Source of the DNA: a virus
Lineage: Duplodnaviria; Heunggongvirae; Uroviricota; Caudoviricetes
Direction: 5' to 3' (one strand)
IMG/VR virus record: IMGVR_UViG_2778261179_000018
Location: 1-24,494 of that record
DNA length: 24,494 bases
A program made the translations under genes and the position numbers. Positions 9,038-18,616 of this stretch are shown one piece after another (position 1 is the stretch's first letter; each line of letters opens with the position of its first letter). Under the pieces are notes generated by a model, which saw only the letters and a program-made list of their open reading frames with translations, did not search any database and was not told the origin of the DNA.

Positions 9038-9253
9038 ATGACAGCTCAAATTTCAGCATATGGCCGGCTGGTGGCCGACCCACAGACCCGAACAACCGGG
9101 AAAGGAACAACCATGGCTACGGCCCGTCTTGCGGTAGCTCTGCCCTGTAATGTCGCAGAGAACGGAGAGGCTACTTTCTGGCTGGGTGTCATTGCCTTTG
9201 GTAAGCAGGCTGATGCTCTGGCCAAACACCATAAAGCCGTATCACCAGATTAA
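9038..9253 (+). CDS. SSB-like OB-fold protein, apparently 3'-truncated
   Basis: Start at MTAQISAYGRLVADPQTR with RBS GAGAGGA. Pattern GRLVADP..R...G...A.LAVAL ... W.GVIAFGK.A resembles the N-terminal two-thirds of bacterial SSB, but the ORF stops at about 71 aa just before the AT-rich block. Confidence 0.4.
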   Translation: MTAQISAYGRLVADPQTRTTGKGTTMATARLAVALPCNVAENGEATFWLGVIAFGKQADALAKHHKAVSPD

Positions 9254-9536
9254 TTCGCTGTTGTTACGCGGGGAGAGCGTACCTGATGCCTAGACAAGCC
9301 ATCGCCGAATCACCGGGCTGGCATCAACCTACACATGCAACCTGTAAGTACGACTAAAGCCGTAAAATGGTATGGTCGACAATGCGATTTTTTTTGGCGT
9401 GATGTGCTTTACGGCTAGCAAAAAACGATTATTGGTTAACATTATTGTGTTTTATGTTTACATAAAATGGTTTATGATTTACATGTGTTCGAAAGGGATG
9501 ACTCTTTTTGAAGTCATCAATTTTTCCGGAAAAGGT

Positions 9537-10643
9537 ATGAAAGTGTTAGTTGACGATATTGTTGCTCTTATAGAAGCGTCTTTAGATGCAAACTATTCTG
9601 AAGTACGTAGTGTGAGCAATCGAATTGCCAAAGCTATAAGTACCGATAATATGGATGGTGCGAAAAAAATAAAATCTGTTTTACGACGTAAGGGGGTGCC
9701 GTTACGTAGTTCAGGTTACAGCGATAGCCTACCCGTTGATCCAAAGTCAAGAATGCCCTTGGTAGAAGAGCATCAATGGCCTGTCACGCCTCTTTTCTTA
9801 GAGGAGAGCGAACAGGATACCTTTAACACTTTTGTTGAAAGTGTAAAGCAACAAGATAAGCTGATTGCGAATGGACTAGTTGGTAAACTAGGTTTGCTGC
9901 TTTCTGGGCCGCCAGGAACAGGTAAGACATTGATTGCAGGACATATAGCGTCACAACTTAATAGACCACTTTATGTGGTGAGATTAGATTCTGTAATTTC
10001 TTCACTTCTTGGTGATACAGCAAAGAACCTAAGACAGATCTTTGATTTTGTACCGTCAAAAAATGGTGTTTTATTTCTCGACGAAGTTGATGCCGTTGCA
10101 AAAGTAAGAGATGACCGCCATGAAATAGGAGAACTGAAAAGAGTAGTAAATACATTAATTCAAGGTTTAGACTCTCTTGATGATAGTTCTATAGTTATAG
10201 CTGCGACCAATCACTCTGAATTACTTGATCCTGCTATCTGGAGACGTTTTCCTTTTAAAATACGTCTCGATTTCCCTTCCCAGGAATTACGAGAGTTCTT
10301 ATGGAGTCATTTTTTATTCGGTGATAAAGGCCCGATTAAGGAGTTAAAGGCGTTAGGTATTGTTTCAAATGGACTAAGTGGTGCTGATATTGAAACTATA
10401 GCTATTTCGGCGAGGAGACAATCAGTATTATCGAATACACCTTTGAATATTCCTTCTGTATTGTTATCAATTATGGACAGTGAATACAATAATTCAGTGA
10501 TGCCTAACACTAAGGAACCAAGTTTACATACCAAGAAAAGATTGATAAATCTTTTATACGAAGCAAAATCTTTCACACAGACAGAAATTGCCAGCCTATT
10601 AGGTTTGAGTAGGCAGACAATTTCAAGCCATTTAAAGGAGTAA
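9537..10643 (+). CDS. AAA+ ATPase (classic clade) with C-terminal HTH; IetA-like candidate
   Basis: Walker A GPPGTGKT, Walker B VLFLDEVD, sensor-1 AATN, arginine-finger region DPAIWRRF; C-terminal HTH-like TQTEIASLLGLSRQTISSHLKE. Start ambiguous (ATGs at 9483, 9498, 9537); the track start 9372 is rejected. Strongly AT-rich. Confidence 0.8.
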   Translation: MKVLVDDIVALIEASLDANYSEVRSVSNRIAKAISTDNMDGAKKIKSVLRRKGVPLRSSGYSDSLPVDPKSRMPLVEEHQWPVTPLFLEESEQDTFNTFVESVKQQDKLIANGLVGKLGLLLSGPPGTGKTLIAGHIASQLNRPLYVVRLDSVISSLLGDTAKNLRQIFDFVPSKNGVLFLDEVDAVAKVRDDRHEIGELKRVVNTLIQGLDSLDDSSIVIAATNHSELLDPAIWRRFPFKIRLDFPSQELREFLWSHFLFGDKGPIKELKALGIVSNGLSGADIETIAISARRQSVLSNTPLNIPSVLLSIMDSEYNNSVMPNTKEPSLHTKKRLINLLYEAKSFTQTEIASLLGLSRQTISSHLKE

Positions 10644-10647
10644 TGCT

Positions 10648-12876
10648 ATGGCAGATGGTAATAACCGTAAGAAAGTGTTGAACCCTCTACTTTCGTATTT
10701 GGAGGACCCTGCGCCAAAAGCGATTAATGGTGGAGGCAAGAATGCTGACGATATTCAGTGGGCTAGGTTAGATATTCAAAAAGAGACTTTAAGTAAAAGT
10801 CTTAAAAGTATCAGTGAAAACAAATCTATTATAGCTCACGCTGGTAAAATCCATCTGCTAATTAAAATGTTTGATGATTCATTAGCACCTTCATGGACCC
10901 CGACGGATTTATTTGAAACAAATCCTTTTACTAGACTAGTTTCTCCTGCATACAACGGATTTTTAGTTGAAACAAGCAAAGAAAAGATACCTGAAATTAT
11001 CAAGAAGATAAAAACTGCTAGCAATGATAGAATTAAAGTAGATGTGTCACGACTTGAAAGTATAAAGGCATTTGATAGGAGCGCAGTTTTAAGAGGGAAA
11101 AGCTTATCTGACTTTGATTTTAGTAATGATGGAAACCAGTTTAATATTTGGATTTTACCATTTCATGATCCAAATGCGCGCTTTTCGGTTGCTGAGGAGT
11201 TAGAGGATCTTGTTGATGAGGATGTTATTACGTTTGGTGAATCCATTTATGACAATGTTTTTGATGGAGAAAAAAGAACCTCTGGTACTCGTTCCTTCAA
11301 AAGAAAGTTAAAGCAATATCTATCGCATGGACATTTAACATTTACAGCAGTAGTAAAAAATAATAATGACTTCATAAAGTTAATTGGATCCGGAGCTATA
11401 TATAGAATCGAACCGGTTAAGAAGGTGACAACTAGGTCATTGCCTCCTGGTGAAGGAGAAGAGCCTTCACCAAAACTGATTAATAAAGAAACCGCTCCCG
11501 TTGTAGTTATAGTTGATGGTGGTTGTTCATCGAAGTCTTACTTGCCATTGAATGTGATTAACATTAATCCGCTTATTGATAGCTATCATGCAGATTTAAA
11601 ACATGGCAATTGCGTAACTTCATTGGTTTGCCAGGGCGGAGCTTGGAATAATAAATTACACTTACCACAATTAGAGTGTAAATTTGTTAGCGTACAAGCT
11701 ATAAGTAAGAGAGATGTAAGCCCTCAACCAACCACCGAGCAGTTCATTAATTATCTAAGAGTTGTGGCGGAGAAAACTAAAAATGTTTCTTCTGTTTGGA
11801 ATCTATCATTTAATGAGGCTTCGCCATCCGATAGTGTTGATGAAATTAGTAGGTTGGGACATGAAATAAGTCTTCTGGCTCGCGAATTTAATATATTACC
11901 CGTGATTTCAATTGGTAATGTTAACTCTGACAACCCAACTACCTTATGTCCTCCTGCTGATTGTGAAGCGGCATTGACTGTATCAGGTAGAAAAGCATCT
12001 ATTTTAGGTGAGATCTCTTCACATTGTCCAAAAAGTTTGCGTGGACCTGCTCCTGGTGGAATGAAGAAGCCTGAGCTTTCTTGGTTTTCTAAATTGAGGA
12101 TGTTAGGTGGAGATGTTAAGACAGGTACAAGCTTTAGTGCGCCCTTGATATCAAGCATTGCGGCTCACACGTTCAAAAATCTAAAAGAGCCAACTCCAGA
12201 TTTAGTTAAGGCATTACTGATAAACAAAGCTGAAGGTATTGAGCATGATCTTGGCCTAGGTTGGGGGTCTCCATGGAGGAAAGGGAGTTCTATGCCATGG
12301 ATGTGTGAAGATGGAACTGTGACATTAGCTTGGAATTCTAAATTAAAAGCTGGTAGTGCATATTATTGGAATAATATTCCTATCCCTCCTGAAATGATTG
12401 TAGATGGAAAGATTAAAGGTAGTATTATTCTTACTGCCATCTTAAAGCCAGTAGTTTCTGAATTAGCAGGGGATAACTATTTTTCAACAAGATTACAATG
12501 TGCACTACAGCATGTAAATAATGCAGGCAAGGCCAAAAATCTTCTTGGTACTATGAAAGAGTCAACCGAAAAGGAAATTGATTCCAGAAGTGAATTAGCT
12601 AAATGGAGCCCGATTAGACATCATGGTAAAAGCTTTAAAGGGGTTGCCGTTGATAATAACAAAGTAAGGCTTTATGCGCGTATTTTTACAAGAGATCTTT
12701 TCCAATTTAATTATGCGAGTCATCATGAGTTAGATGAACAAGATGTGGCATTTGTTTTGACCTTTAAAAGTCCTAGCGACGATCCATCAATTTACGACTC
12801 AATGAAGCAACAACTTGGTAACAAGGTCAAAGCTGCGATAATAGAACAGGATATTATTCTGGATAGTGATGTTTGA
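10648..12876 (+). CDS. S8 family subtilisin-like serine peptidase; IetS-like candidate
   Basis: 742 aa; RBS AAGGAG 8 nt upstream; 4-bp gap after the ATPase gene. Candidate catalytic motifs in subtilase order: Asp VVVIVDGGCS, His HGNCVTSLV, Ser GTSFSAPLISSIAAH. AT-rich like its partner. Confidence 0.8.
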   Translation: MADGNNRKKVLNPLLSYLEDPAPKAINGGGKNADDIQWARLDIQKETLSKSLKSISENKSIIAHAGKIHLLIKMFDDSLAPSWTPTDLFETNPFTRLVSPAYNGFLVETSKEKIPEIIKKIKTASNDRIKVDVSRLESIKAFDRSAVLRGKSLSDFDFSNDGNQFNIWILPFHDPNARFSVAEELEDLVDEDVITFGESIYDNVFDGEKRTSGTRSFKRKLKQYLSHGHLTFTAVVKNNNDFIKLIGSGAIYRIEPVKKVTTRSLPPGEGEEPSPKLINKETAPVVVIVDGGCSSKSYLPLNVININPLIDSYHADLKHGNCVTSLVCQGGAWNNKLHLPQLECKFVSVQAISKRDVSPQPTTEQFINYLRVVAEKTKNVSSVWNLSFNEASPSDSVDEISRLGHEISLLAREFNILPVISIGNVNSDNPTTLCPPADCEAALTVSGRKASILGEISSHCPKSLRGPAPGGMKKPELSWFSKLRMLGGDVKTGTSFSAPLISSIAAHTFKNLKEPTPDLVKALLINKAEGIEHDLGLGWGSPWRKGSSMPWMCEDGTVTLAWNSKLKAGSAYYWNNIPIPPEMIVDGKIKGSIILTAILKPVVSELAGDNYFSTRLQCALQHVNNAGKAKNLLGTMKESTEKEIDSRSELAKWSPIRHHGKSFKGVAVDNNKVRLYARIFTRDLFQFNYASHHELDEQDVAFVLTFKSPSDDPSIYDSMKQQLGNKVKAAIIEQDIILDSDV

Positions 12877-12918
12877 CTTTGCTTATACATAATAACTTTT
12901 TCAAATACAGCTTAACTT

Positions 12919-12945
12919 AAACCCGTTTCGGCGGGTTTTCTTTTT
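12919..12945 (+). terminator. Rho-independent terminator ending the ATPase/subtilase operon
   Basis: AAACCCG-tttcgg-CGGGTTT hairpin followed by TCTTTTT, about 45 bp after the subtilase stop. Confidence 0.65.
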
Positions 12946-13352
12946 GCAGCTATTTATCAATGAGTTCTGTCTGGTTGGCAAACTTGTTGTTAATGAATCT
13001 CTCTGCAGGAGTGGCATTCTTTACGAAGTGCAGGGTGCTGGGCGTTGCCCTCGTCATTCTGTTCATGCTGGTGGCCATCGCTACGTGGCAGTTTGCGCAT
13101 TACATGTAGAATCATACCGCCCATGAAAATGCCTATATCTTATTTATAGGCAGAAACGGTGTGTTCTGGCTATGTATAGGCACAGGTACCGTGTTTTTCC
13201 TATGAGCTTTACCTACCCTCCATTTTGTTCACTAATCAATCAATTCCCTTTCTGGTAACGATCGAATTTACTCTTTCATATTTTGCAATATAAGTGATGA
13301 TCATTTCACTTAATGCAATTATAATTACTGTATAAATATCAGGGGGTGGCAT

Positions 13353-13538
13353 ATGTCCAGACAAAACGTAAACGTAAAACCGGTATTACTCAGTCACGAG
13401 CAGATAAAGGCGCTGAGTGACATTCAGGAGCAGCACCGCAAAACATCCAGTATCGGCGTTGCGCCAACTATCCATGAGATTGCACGCGGTCTGATGGATA
13501 AAGCGCTGGCGTCTCTCTCCGACGGAGTGAAAGTATGA
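13353..13538 (+). CDS. Small phage protein preceding the tape measure gene
   Basis: 61 aa; RBS GGGGGTGG upstream; ATGA overlap with the downstream gene. Confidence 0.5.
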   Translation: MSRQNVNVKPVLLSHEQIKALSDIQEQHRKTSSIGVAPTIHEIARGLMDKALASLSDGVKV

Positions 13539-15535
13539 ATGCTGAAACTCTGAAGGACTTTTTAATTAGCCTGGGCTTCAAAGTAGATGACGCCGGCGCC
13601 AGAAAATTTGATGCCATCGTTACCGGCGCGACACTCAAGGCGATCGAGCTCGGCACCAAAGTAGAGCTGGCCGCTGCGTCTGTGGTGGCCTTTACCGCGA
13701 AAGTCGCCAGCGGTCTCGATAACTTGTACTGGGCCTCTCAGCGCACTGGCGCAACGGTGCAGGGCATCAAGCAGATCGGCTTTGCCGTCAGCCAGATGGG
13801 CGGCAGTGTGGATGCCGCCCGCGGCTCTCTCGAAAGCCTGGCTCAGTTCATCCGTACCAGCTCCGGAGCCGAGGGTTTCCTGAATCGCCTTGGCGTTCAG
13901 ACCCGCGATGCCAGCGGAAACATGCGGGACATGACGACGATCTTTACCGGCGTCGGCCAGCGTCTCAGCAGCATGCCGTACTATCGCGCTAATCAGTACG
14001 CACAGATGCTCGGCATGGATGAAAACACGCTGCTGGCTATGCGTCGAGGCATTGGCGAGTACATGGGCCAGTATAACGCCATGAAAAAGGCTATCGGGTT
14101 TAATCCTGATCAGGCCGCCGCGGCATCTAACCGCTTTATGACCTCGTTGCGGTCGTTCGGCGAAATGGCCGGCATGGCGCGGGACAAAATCGGCTCTAAC
14201 CTCGCTGGTGGTCTAGCCGGTGCCATTGATAACCTTCGCCGCCAGATCCTTGATAACTTCCCGAAAATAGAGCGCACCATTAACGCAGTGGTGAAGGGTA
14301 TTCTTTGGATGGGGGAGGCCGTCGGACGGGTGGTCTATCGTCTGATACAGGCCGCGGGTGATATCCGGGACTGGTGGAAAGGGCTTGATGAAGACTCCAG
14401 GAAACTCATCGGCACGCTGGGTGGAATGCTGGTGGCCTGGCGATTGCTGAATGCCGCTATGCTCGCCTCTCCGATTACCTGGGTTCTGGCGCTTGCTGGT
14501 GCGCTTCTGCTGCTCTATGACGATTACAAGACGTGGAAAGAAGGCGGTAAAAGCCTCATTGACTGGGATAAGTGGGAGCCGGCGATAAACTTTGCGCTGA
14601 CTGCCATTGAAAAACTATGGACTGGTGTGAAGCGTCTTAAAGACGAGTTGATTAAACTTTTCGGTATCGACCCTAAAACATGGTCGATTAAGTTCGAATT
14701 CGACAGTCTGAAGAAGCAGTTCAATGAGCTGAGCAAGATGCTGGATACCATAGGCAAGCTTCTCAATGCGATTGATGAAGGTCGCTGGTCAGACGCGGCA
14801 GCTTACGCCAGACAACTGCTGAATCAGGGCGGCGAGCCGACACCATCAAACGCGGTGACAGACAGCGCCAATAGCGCTGCGGACTGGATTCAGAATAAAA
14901 CCGGGTTTGACCCCCGCAGTATTGGTCAAGCCGTTACTGGCTGGTTTGGTGGTGAAGCTACTCAATACGGGCAGTCTGTTAAACGACCTCAGGCCTCTAA
15001 AGCTGGCGCTCAGCTGCTGGGTTGGATGGCTCCGATGATGGGTAAACTGGAGGCGTTGTATAACCTCCCTGCGGGCCTGCTCCGTAGTGTTGCTCTCGCT
15101 GAGTCAAACGGCAATCAGTTTGCTGTGTCTGGCGCTGGCGCACAGGGAATGTTTCAGTTTATGCCGGGTACTGCCCGCGATATGGGCCTGCGCGGCAACG
15201 ATGTGTTTAACCCGATGAAAGCGGCGGAAGCGGCGGCGCGGTATCTCTCGATGCTCCTGCAGAAGAACGGCGGCGATCTGAATAAAACTCTGGCCTCCTA
15301 TAACTGGGGCATCGGTAATGTGCAGAAGTACGGCATGGCGCTGATGCCCGGGGAGACCCGTCAATATATCCCGAAAGTGCTCAGCAATATGCCGGGCAGC
15401 GGGGCAACGCTGAACCAGGAAACCAATATCCATATTCACGGCGTCAATAATCCGCGAGAGGCGGCCAATCTGGTGGTTGAAAGGCAGAACACTGTAAACA
15501 ATCGGGCAACCCAGGATCTGGGGAGGAGTAACTGA
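13535..15535 (+). CDS. Phage tail tape-measure-like protein with C-terminal lytic transglycosylase (SLT) domain
   Basis: 666 aa; coiled-coil-like N-terminal region, hydrophobic segment LIGTLGGMLVAWRLLNAAMLASPITWVLALAGALLLL, and SLT motif block AESNGNQFAVSGAGAQGMFQFMPGTARDMG...YNWG. Confidence 0.7.
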   Translation: MNAETLKDFLISLGFKVDDAGARKFDAIVTGATLKAIELGTKVELAAASVVAFTAKVASGLDNLYWASQRTGATVQGIKQIGFAVSQMGGSVDAARGSLESLAQFIRTSSGAEGFLNRLGVQTRDASGNMRDMTTIFTGVGQRLSSMPYYRANQYAQMLGMDENTLLAMRRGIGEYMGQYNAMKKAIGFNPDQAAAASNRFMTSLRSFGEMAGMARDKIGSNLAGGLAGAIDNLRRQILDNFPKIERTINAVVKGILWMGEAVGRVVYRLIQAAGDIRDWWKGLDEDSRKLIGTLGGMLVAWRLLNAAMLASPITWVLALAGALLLLYDDYKTWKEGGKSLIDWDKWEPAINFALTAIEKLWTGVKRLKDELIKLFGIDPKTWSIKFEFDSLKKQFNELSKMLDTIGKLLNAIDEGRWSDAAAYARQLLNQGGEPTPSNAVTDSANSAADWIQNKTGFDPRSIGQAVTGWFGGEATQYGQSVKRPQASKAGAQLLGWMAPMMGKLEALYNLPAGLLRSVALAESNGNQFAVSGAGAQGMFQFMPGTARDMGLRGNDVFNPMKAAEAAARYLSMLLQKNGGDLNKTLASYNWGIGNVQKYGMALMPGETRQYIPKVLSNMPGSGATLNQETNIHIHGVNNPREAANLVVERQNTVNNRATQDLGRSN

Positions 15536-16122
15536 TGGATATTCTTTCAACGCTGTTTCAGCAAAATAGCCGCAGAATCGGGTTAATGGTGCCAAGCGTT
15601 GTTGTTTCTGAAAAACACACTGACATGCTGGAGATTACCGAGCATCCCGTTGAACGCCCCACATCTGCTGGGGCTGGTTTTATTGCTGATCATGCGTATC
15701 GCCGACCCTCTGAAGTGGTAATGGAAATTGGCTTTGCTGGTGGTGGTTCACTGCTGGATTTCTACGACACCCGAAATATTGGACTGTCGACGCCGCTCAA
15801 CAGCATGGGCCCGAAAGAGGTTTATGCGGAGCTGCTGAATATGCAGCAAGGTAAGCAGTTGCTCGACGTCACCACGGGCAAGCGGTTGTACAAAAATATG
15901 CTGATCCGCTCTCTGGAGGTTACCACTGACCGAACTACTGAAAATGTATTATCGGCCACAGTGACACTTCGCGAAGTCATTATCACTCAGACAAAAAGCA
16001 TCAAGGTGGCTGATAAAGCCGATATGAAATATGGCGTAAACACCTCAGCCGTAATTAACACCGGAACTAAAACGCCAGTACCGAAAAATGAGTCCATTCT
16101 TTCCAGCGTGTTTGGAGGTTAA
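15535..16122 (+). CDS. Phage tail/baseplate structural protein (unassigned)
   Basis: 195 aa; TGATG-coupled to the upstream gene; RBS GGAG; position within the tail operon. Confidence 0.55.
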   Translation: MDILSTLFQQNSRRIGLMVPSVVVSEKHTDMLEITEHPVERPTSAGAGFIADHAYRRPSEVVMEIGFAGGGSLLDFYDTRNIGLSTPLNSMGPKEVYAELLNMQQGKQLLDVTTGKRLYKNMLIRSLEVTTDRTTENVLSATVTLREVIITQTKSIKVADKADMKYGVNTSAVINTGTKTPVPKNESILSSVFGG

Positions 16123-16428
16123 ATGTCCGTATCGGAAATTCCGTTAGCGCCCGATAGTCAGAGTTTTAATATCACCCTAGCTGGCGTTGATTATCAAATG
16201 CGCGTGGTCTGGCGCGGGGTATGTTGGTTCCTCGACCTGATGGACAGTACCGGTACGCTGATGATTGGCGGTATTCCGCTGATCACCGGCACTAATCTGC
16301 TGGCGCAGTACCATTATCTCGGCCTCGGGTTCTCGCTTTATGTGGTCTGTGATGACCCGGCCAGCGAAAACCCAACGCAGTTTGATCTTGGCATTAAAAG
16401 CCACCTGTACGCGAAAACTGAGGATTAA
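16123..16428 (+). CDS. Phage tail/baseplate protein (small, unassigned)
   Basis: 101 aa; RBS GGAGG; immediately follows the previous stop. Confidence 0.5.
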   Translation: MSVSEIPLAPDSQSFNITLAGVDYQMRVVWRGVCWFLDLMDSTGTLMIGGIPLITGTNLLAQYHYLGLGFSLYVVCDDPASENPTQFDLGIKSHLYAKTED

Positions 16429-16430
16429 CG

Positions 16431-17513
16431 ATGCCAAGAAACTGGAACCGACATTTTGAACTACAGCTCATCGACGATAACGGCGAGGGTATCAGCCTTA
16501 GCGACTTTAAAGTTGCCTTTAGCGTAGAGCGAAACGATAACCGATGGCCAGCTATGGCGCTGGTCAAAATCTATAACCTTGCCCCCGAAACCCAGAACCG
16601 TATCATGCGCCGTGAATACAGCAAGATAACCCTGATAGCGGGTTATGACGGGCTGGATAGTGCTTCCTCTGATACCGTAAGCGCCAGCGAGGTAGGGAAG
16701 GTGCGCTACGTAACAAATGACACCATAAATAGCCCTGATGGCTCAAATTACGGTGTCATTTTCAGCGGTGATATTGCTTTCACTGTGGAAGGCAAAGACA
16801 ACATTACCGATCGGTACGTCCGTATACAGGCATTTGACGGCGACAAGGCCTTTATGGAAGCGCAGATCAGCACCTCGCTGGCCGCCGGCTATACGCTGAG
16901 CGATGAGTACAATTTGCTCATGAAGCACCTTGAACCGTTCGGTATCCGTAAGGGGGTTGAGCCGGTTTTCCCTGGTACAGTCTATCCGCGAGCTGCGTCA
17001 TACCACGGCCTTGTGAACAACTATCTTTCCCGACTGGCTGATGACCTTCGTGCGACATGGCAATTCAGCTTTGGAAAGGTTGACTTCATTCAGCAGGATG
17101 TGGCGAAACACCGTGCAATCGTCCTGAACGCTGATACCGGGCTGGTGGGCATGCCGCAGCAGACCATTGGCGGAGGGGTGAATGTTACGTGTCTTATTAA
17201 TTCCTTCATTCAGTTACACGGGCTTATTCAGTTGGATCAGGCGTCAGTGTATCGTGCACAGTTGAGCAATGAGCAGGTTTTACAGGCTGGTGGTATTGCG
17301 CCGGAACAGGAAATTAACGGCAACCTTGTCACAAGTGGTCTGGCGCAGAGAGAGAATCCGGCGAGTGTTGCGACAGACGGTGTTTATATCGTCCGCTACC
17401 TCTCATATCGAGGCGATACGCGCGGGCAGGACTGGTACATGGATTTAGCTTGCGAAGCCCGAGGAAATGCTGACGTTCCCTCATCGTCTTACTTACTCAA
17501 ACAGGATTCTTAA
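16431..17513 (+). CDS. Putative baseplate hub protein (gp27 / late-control-D-like)
   Basis: 360 aa; RBS GAGGA; lies between the tape measure and the spike gene, the usual hub position. Assignment is by context and size, not by a recognised motif. Confidence 0.5.
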   Translation: MPRNWNRHFELQLIDDNGEGISLSDFKVAFSVERNDNRWPAMALVKIYNLAPETQNRIMRREYSKITLIAGYDGLDSASSDTVSASEVGKVRYVTNDTINSPDGSNYGVIFSGDIAFTVEGKDNITDRYVRIQAFDGDKAFMEAQISTSLAAGYTLSDEYNLLMKHLEPFGIRKGVEPVFPGTVYPRAASYHGLVNNYLSRLADDLRATWQFSFGKVDFIQQDVAKHRAIVLNADTGLVGMPQQTIGGGVNVTCLINSFIQLHGLIQLDQASVYRAQLSNEQVLQAGGIAPEQEINGNLVTSGLAQRENPASVATDGVYIVRYLSYRGDTRGQDWYMDLACEARGNADVPSSSYLLKQDS

Positions 17514-17863
17514 TGAAAAAAGCAATTCTCATTATTGGCATGGTTGCTTCAATGGCGTGCAGCGCGAAAGCGCCCTTAACGCATCGGTATGATTGCGGAG
17601 CCTTTCGGTTTGAGATAATCGAAAACTCCATGTCGAAGATAAACGGCGAGTATGTAACTTCACAAAAAATAGCGTCGCTGGGGGAGCGTGGAGCCAAAAT
17701 AGATATGACCCTCACATCTGCTAAAGACGGTAATTTCTACGGCTTCGAATATGTTCATCCTGACGGCAGCAATAAGCGTTGGCTAAATGTTGAGTTAATC
17801 CGCAGTAGCATGGATCAGCCGCGGATTATTGGTACGTTTATGTGCAAACGTGTTGAGAGTTGA
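17513..17863 (+). CDS. Small secreted protein or lipoprotein within the tail module
   Basis: 116 aa; N-terminal signal-like MKKAILIIGMVASMACSAK with a Cys after the hydrophobic core; TAATG overlap with the upstream gene. Confidence 0.5.
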   Translation: MKKAILIIGMVASMACSAKAPLTHRYDCGAFRFEIIENSMSKINGEYVTSQKIASLGERGAKIDMTLTSAKDGNFYGFEYVHPDGSNKRWLNVELIRSSMDQPRIIGTFMCKRVES

Positions 17864-17872
17864 GGGGGAAGC

Positions 17873-18616
17873 ATGGCCACAGCAAGACCAATTGAAGATC
17901 GCGAGGTGTATGACTCCATCCTGAAGGGGGCGAAACAATCAATTCGTGTGTCAATGCCGGGGGTTATTAAGTCTTTTGACCCGGAAACCGTTACATGCGT
18001 TGTGGAAGTCTCGATATATATCCCTAAGCCAGAGTCAGCGGAAGGCAAATCCATTGACCGGCTGGCGCAGGACAATGTTTTCTACCCGCTTATTTTAGAT
18101 GCGCCGGTTATTTTTCCCCGCGGTGGCGGCTGTACGCTAACGTTTCCCATTAGTGCCGGCGATGAGTGCCTGGTGATATTCGCCGATCGCTGTATCGACT
18201 TCTGGTGGCAGAATGGCGGGGTGCAAAATGGCTCAAGGGGGAGAATGCACGATTACTCGGATGCGTTTGTTATCCCCGGCCCGCAGTCGCAGGCGAAGAA
18301 AATCAGCGGCATCAGCACTACGGCCGCGCAGCTGCGTACCGACGACGGCACCGCATTCATTGAGGTGTCCGCCGGCGGGGATATCACTGCCACCACCGCC
18401 GGCAACGCGACTATTAACGCCCCGGAAATCATTCTCAATGGCAACGTAACGATTAACGGCAACCTGTCGCAGGGCATGGGCGATAGCGGCGGCACAGCGA
18501 CGATGCACGGCCCTGTTACCGTAACCAACGATGTGACAGCAGGTGGTAAGAGCCTGATGACGCACACGCATGGAGGGGTTGAGACTGGCAGTGGGAATAC
18601 AGGAGAGCCGCAGTAA
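17873..18616 (+). CDS. Baseplate central spike protein (gpV / gp5 / gp138-like)
   Basis: 247 aa; RBS GGGGGAAG; Gly/Thr-rich beta-helix-like C-terminus (ITATTAGNATINAPEIILNGNVTINGN) ending in an HxH motif (MTHTHGG), as at the metal-binding tip of phage spikes. Confidence 0.6.
   Translation: MATARPIEDREVYDSILKGAKQSIRVSMPGVIKSFDPETVTCVVEVSIYIPKPESAEGKSIDRLAQDNVFYPLILDAPVIFPRGGGCTLTFPISAGDECLVIFADRCIDFWWQNGGVQNGSRGRMHDYSDAFVIPGPQSQAKKISGISTTAAQLRTDDGTAFIEVSAGGDITATTAGNATINAPEIILNGNVTINGNLSQGMGDSGGTATMHGPVTVTNDVTAGGKSLMTHTHGGVETGSGNTGEPQ

Noticed and set aside
9372-9536. 55-codon N-terminal extension of the AAA+ ATPase ORF
   Set aside because: Translation of the AT-rich promoter region (FYVYIKWFMIYM) with no RBS; the conserved protein begins near 9498-9537.
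12944-13126. 60-aa ORF from the track (MQLFINEFCLVGK...)
   Set aside because: Cys/His/Arg-rich and not protein-like; the overlapping alternative frame (12960-13109) is more plausible and is reported as a low-confidence finding.
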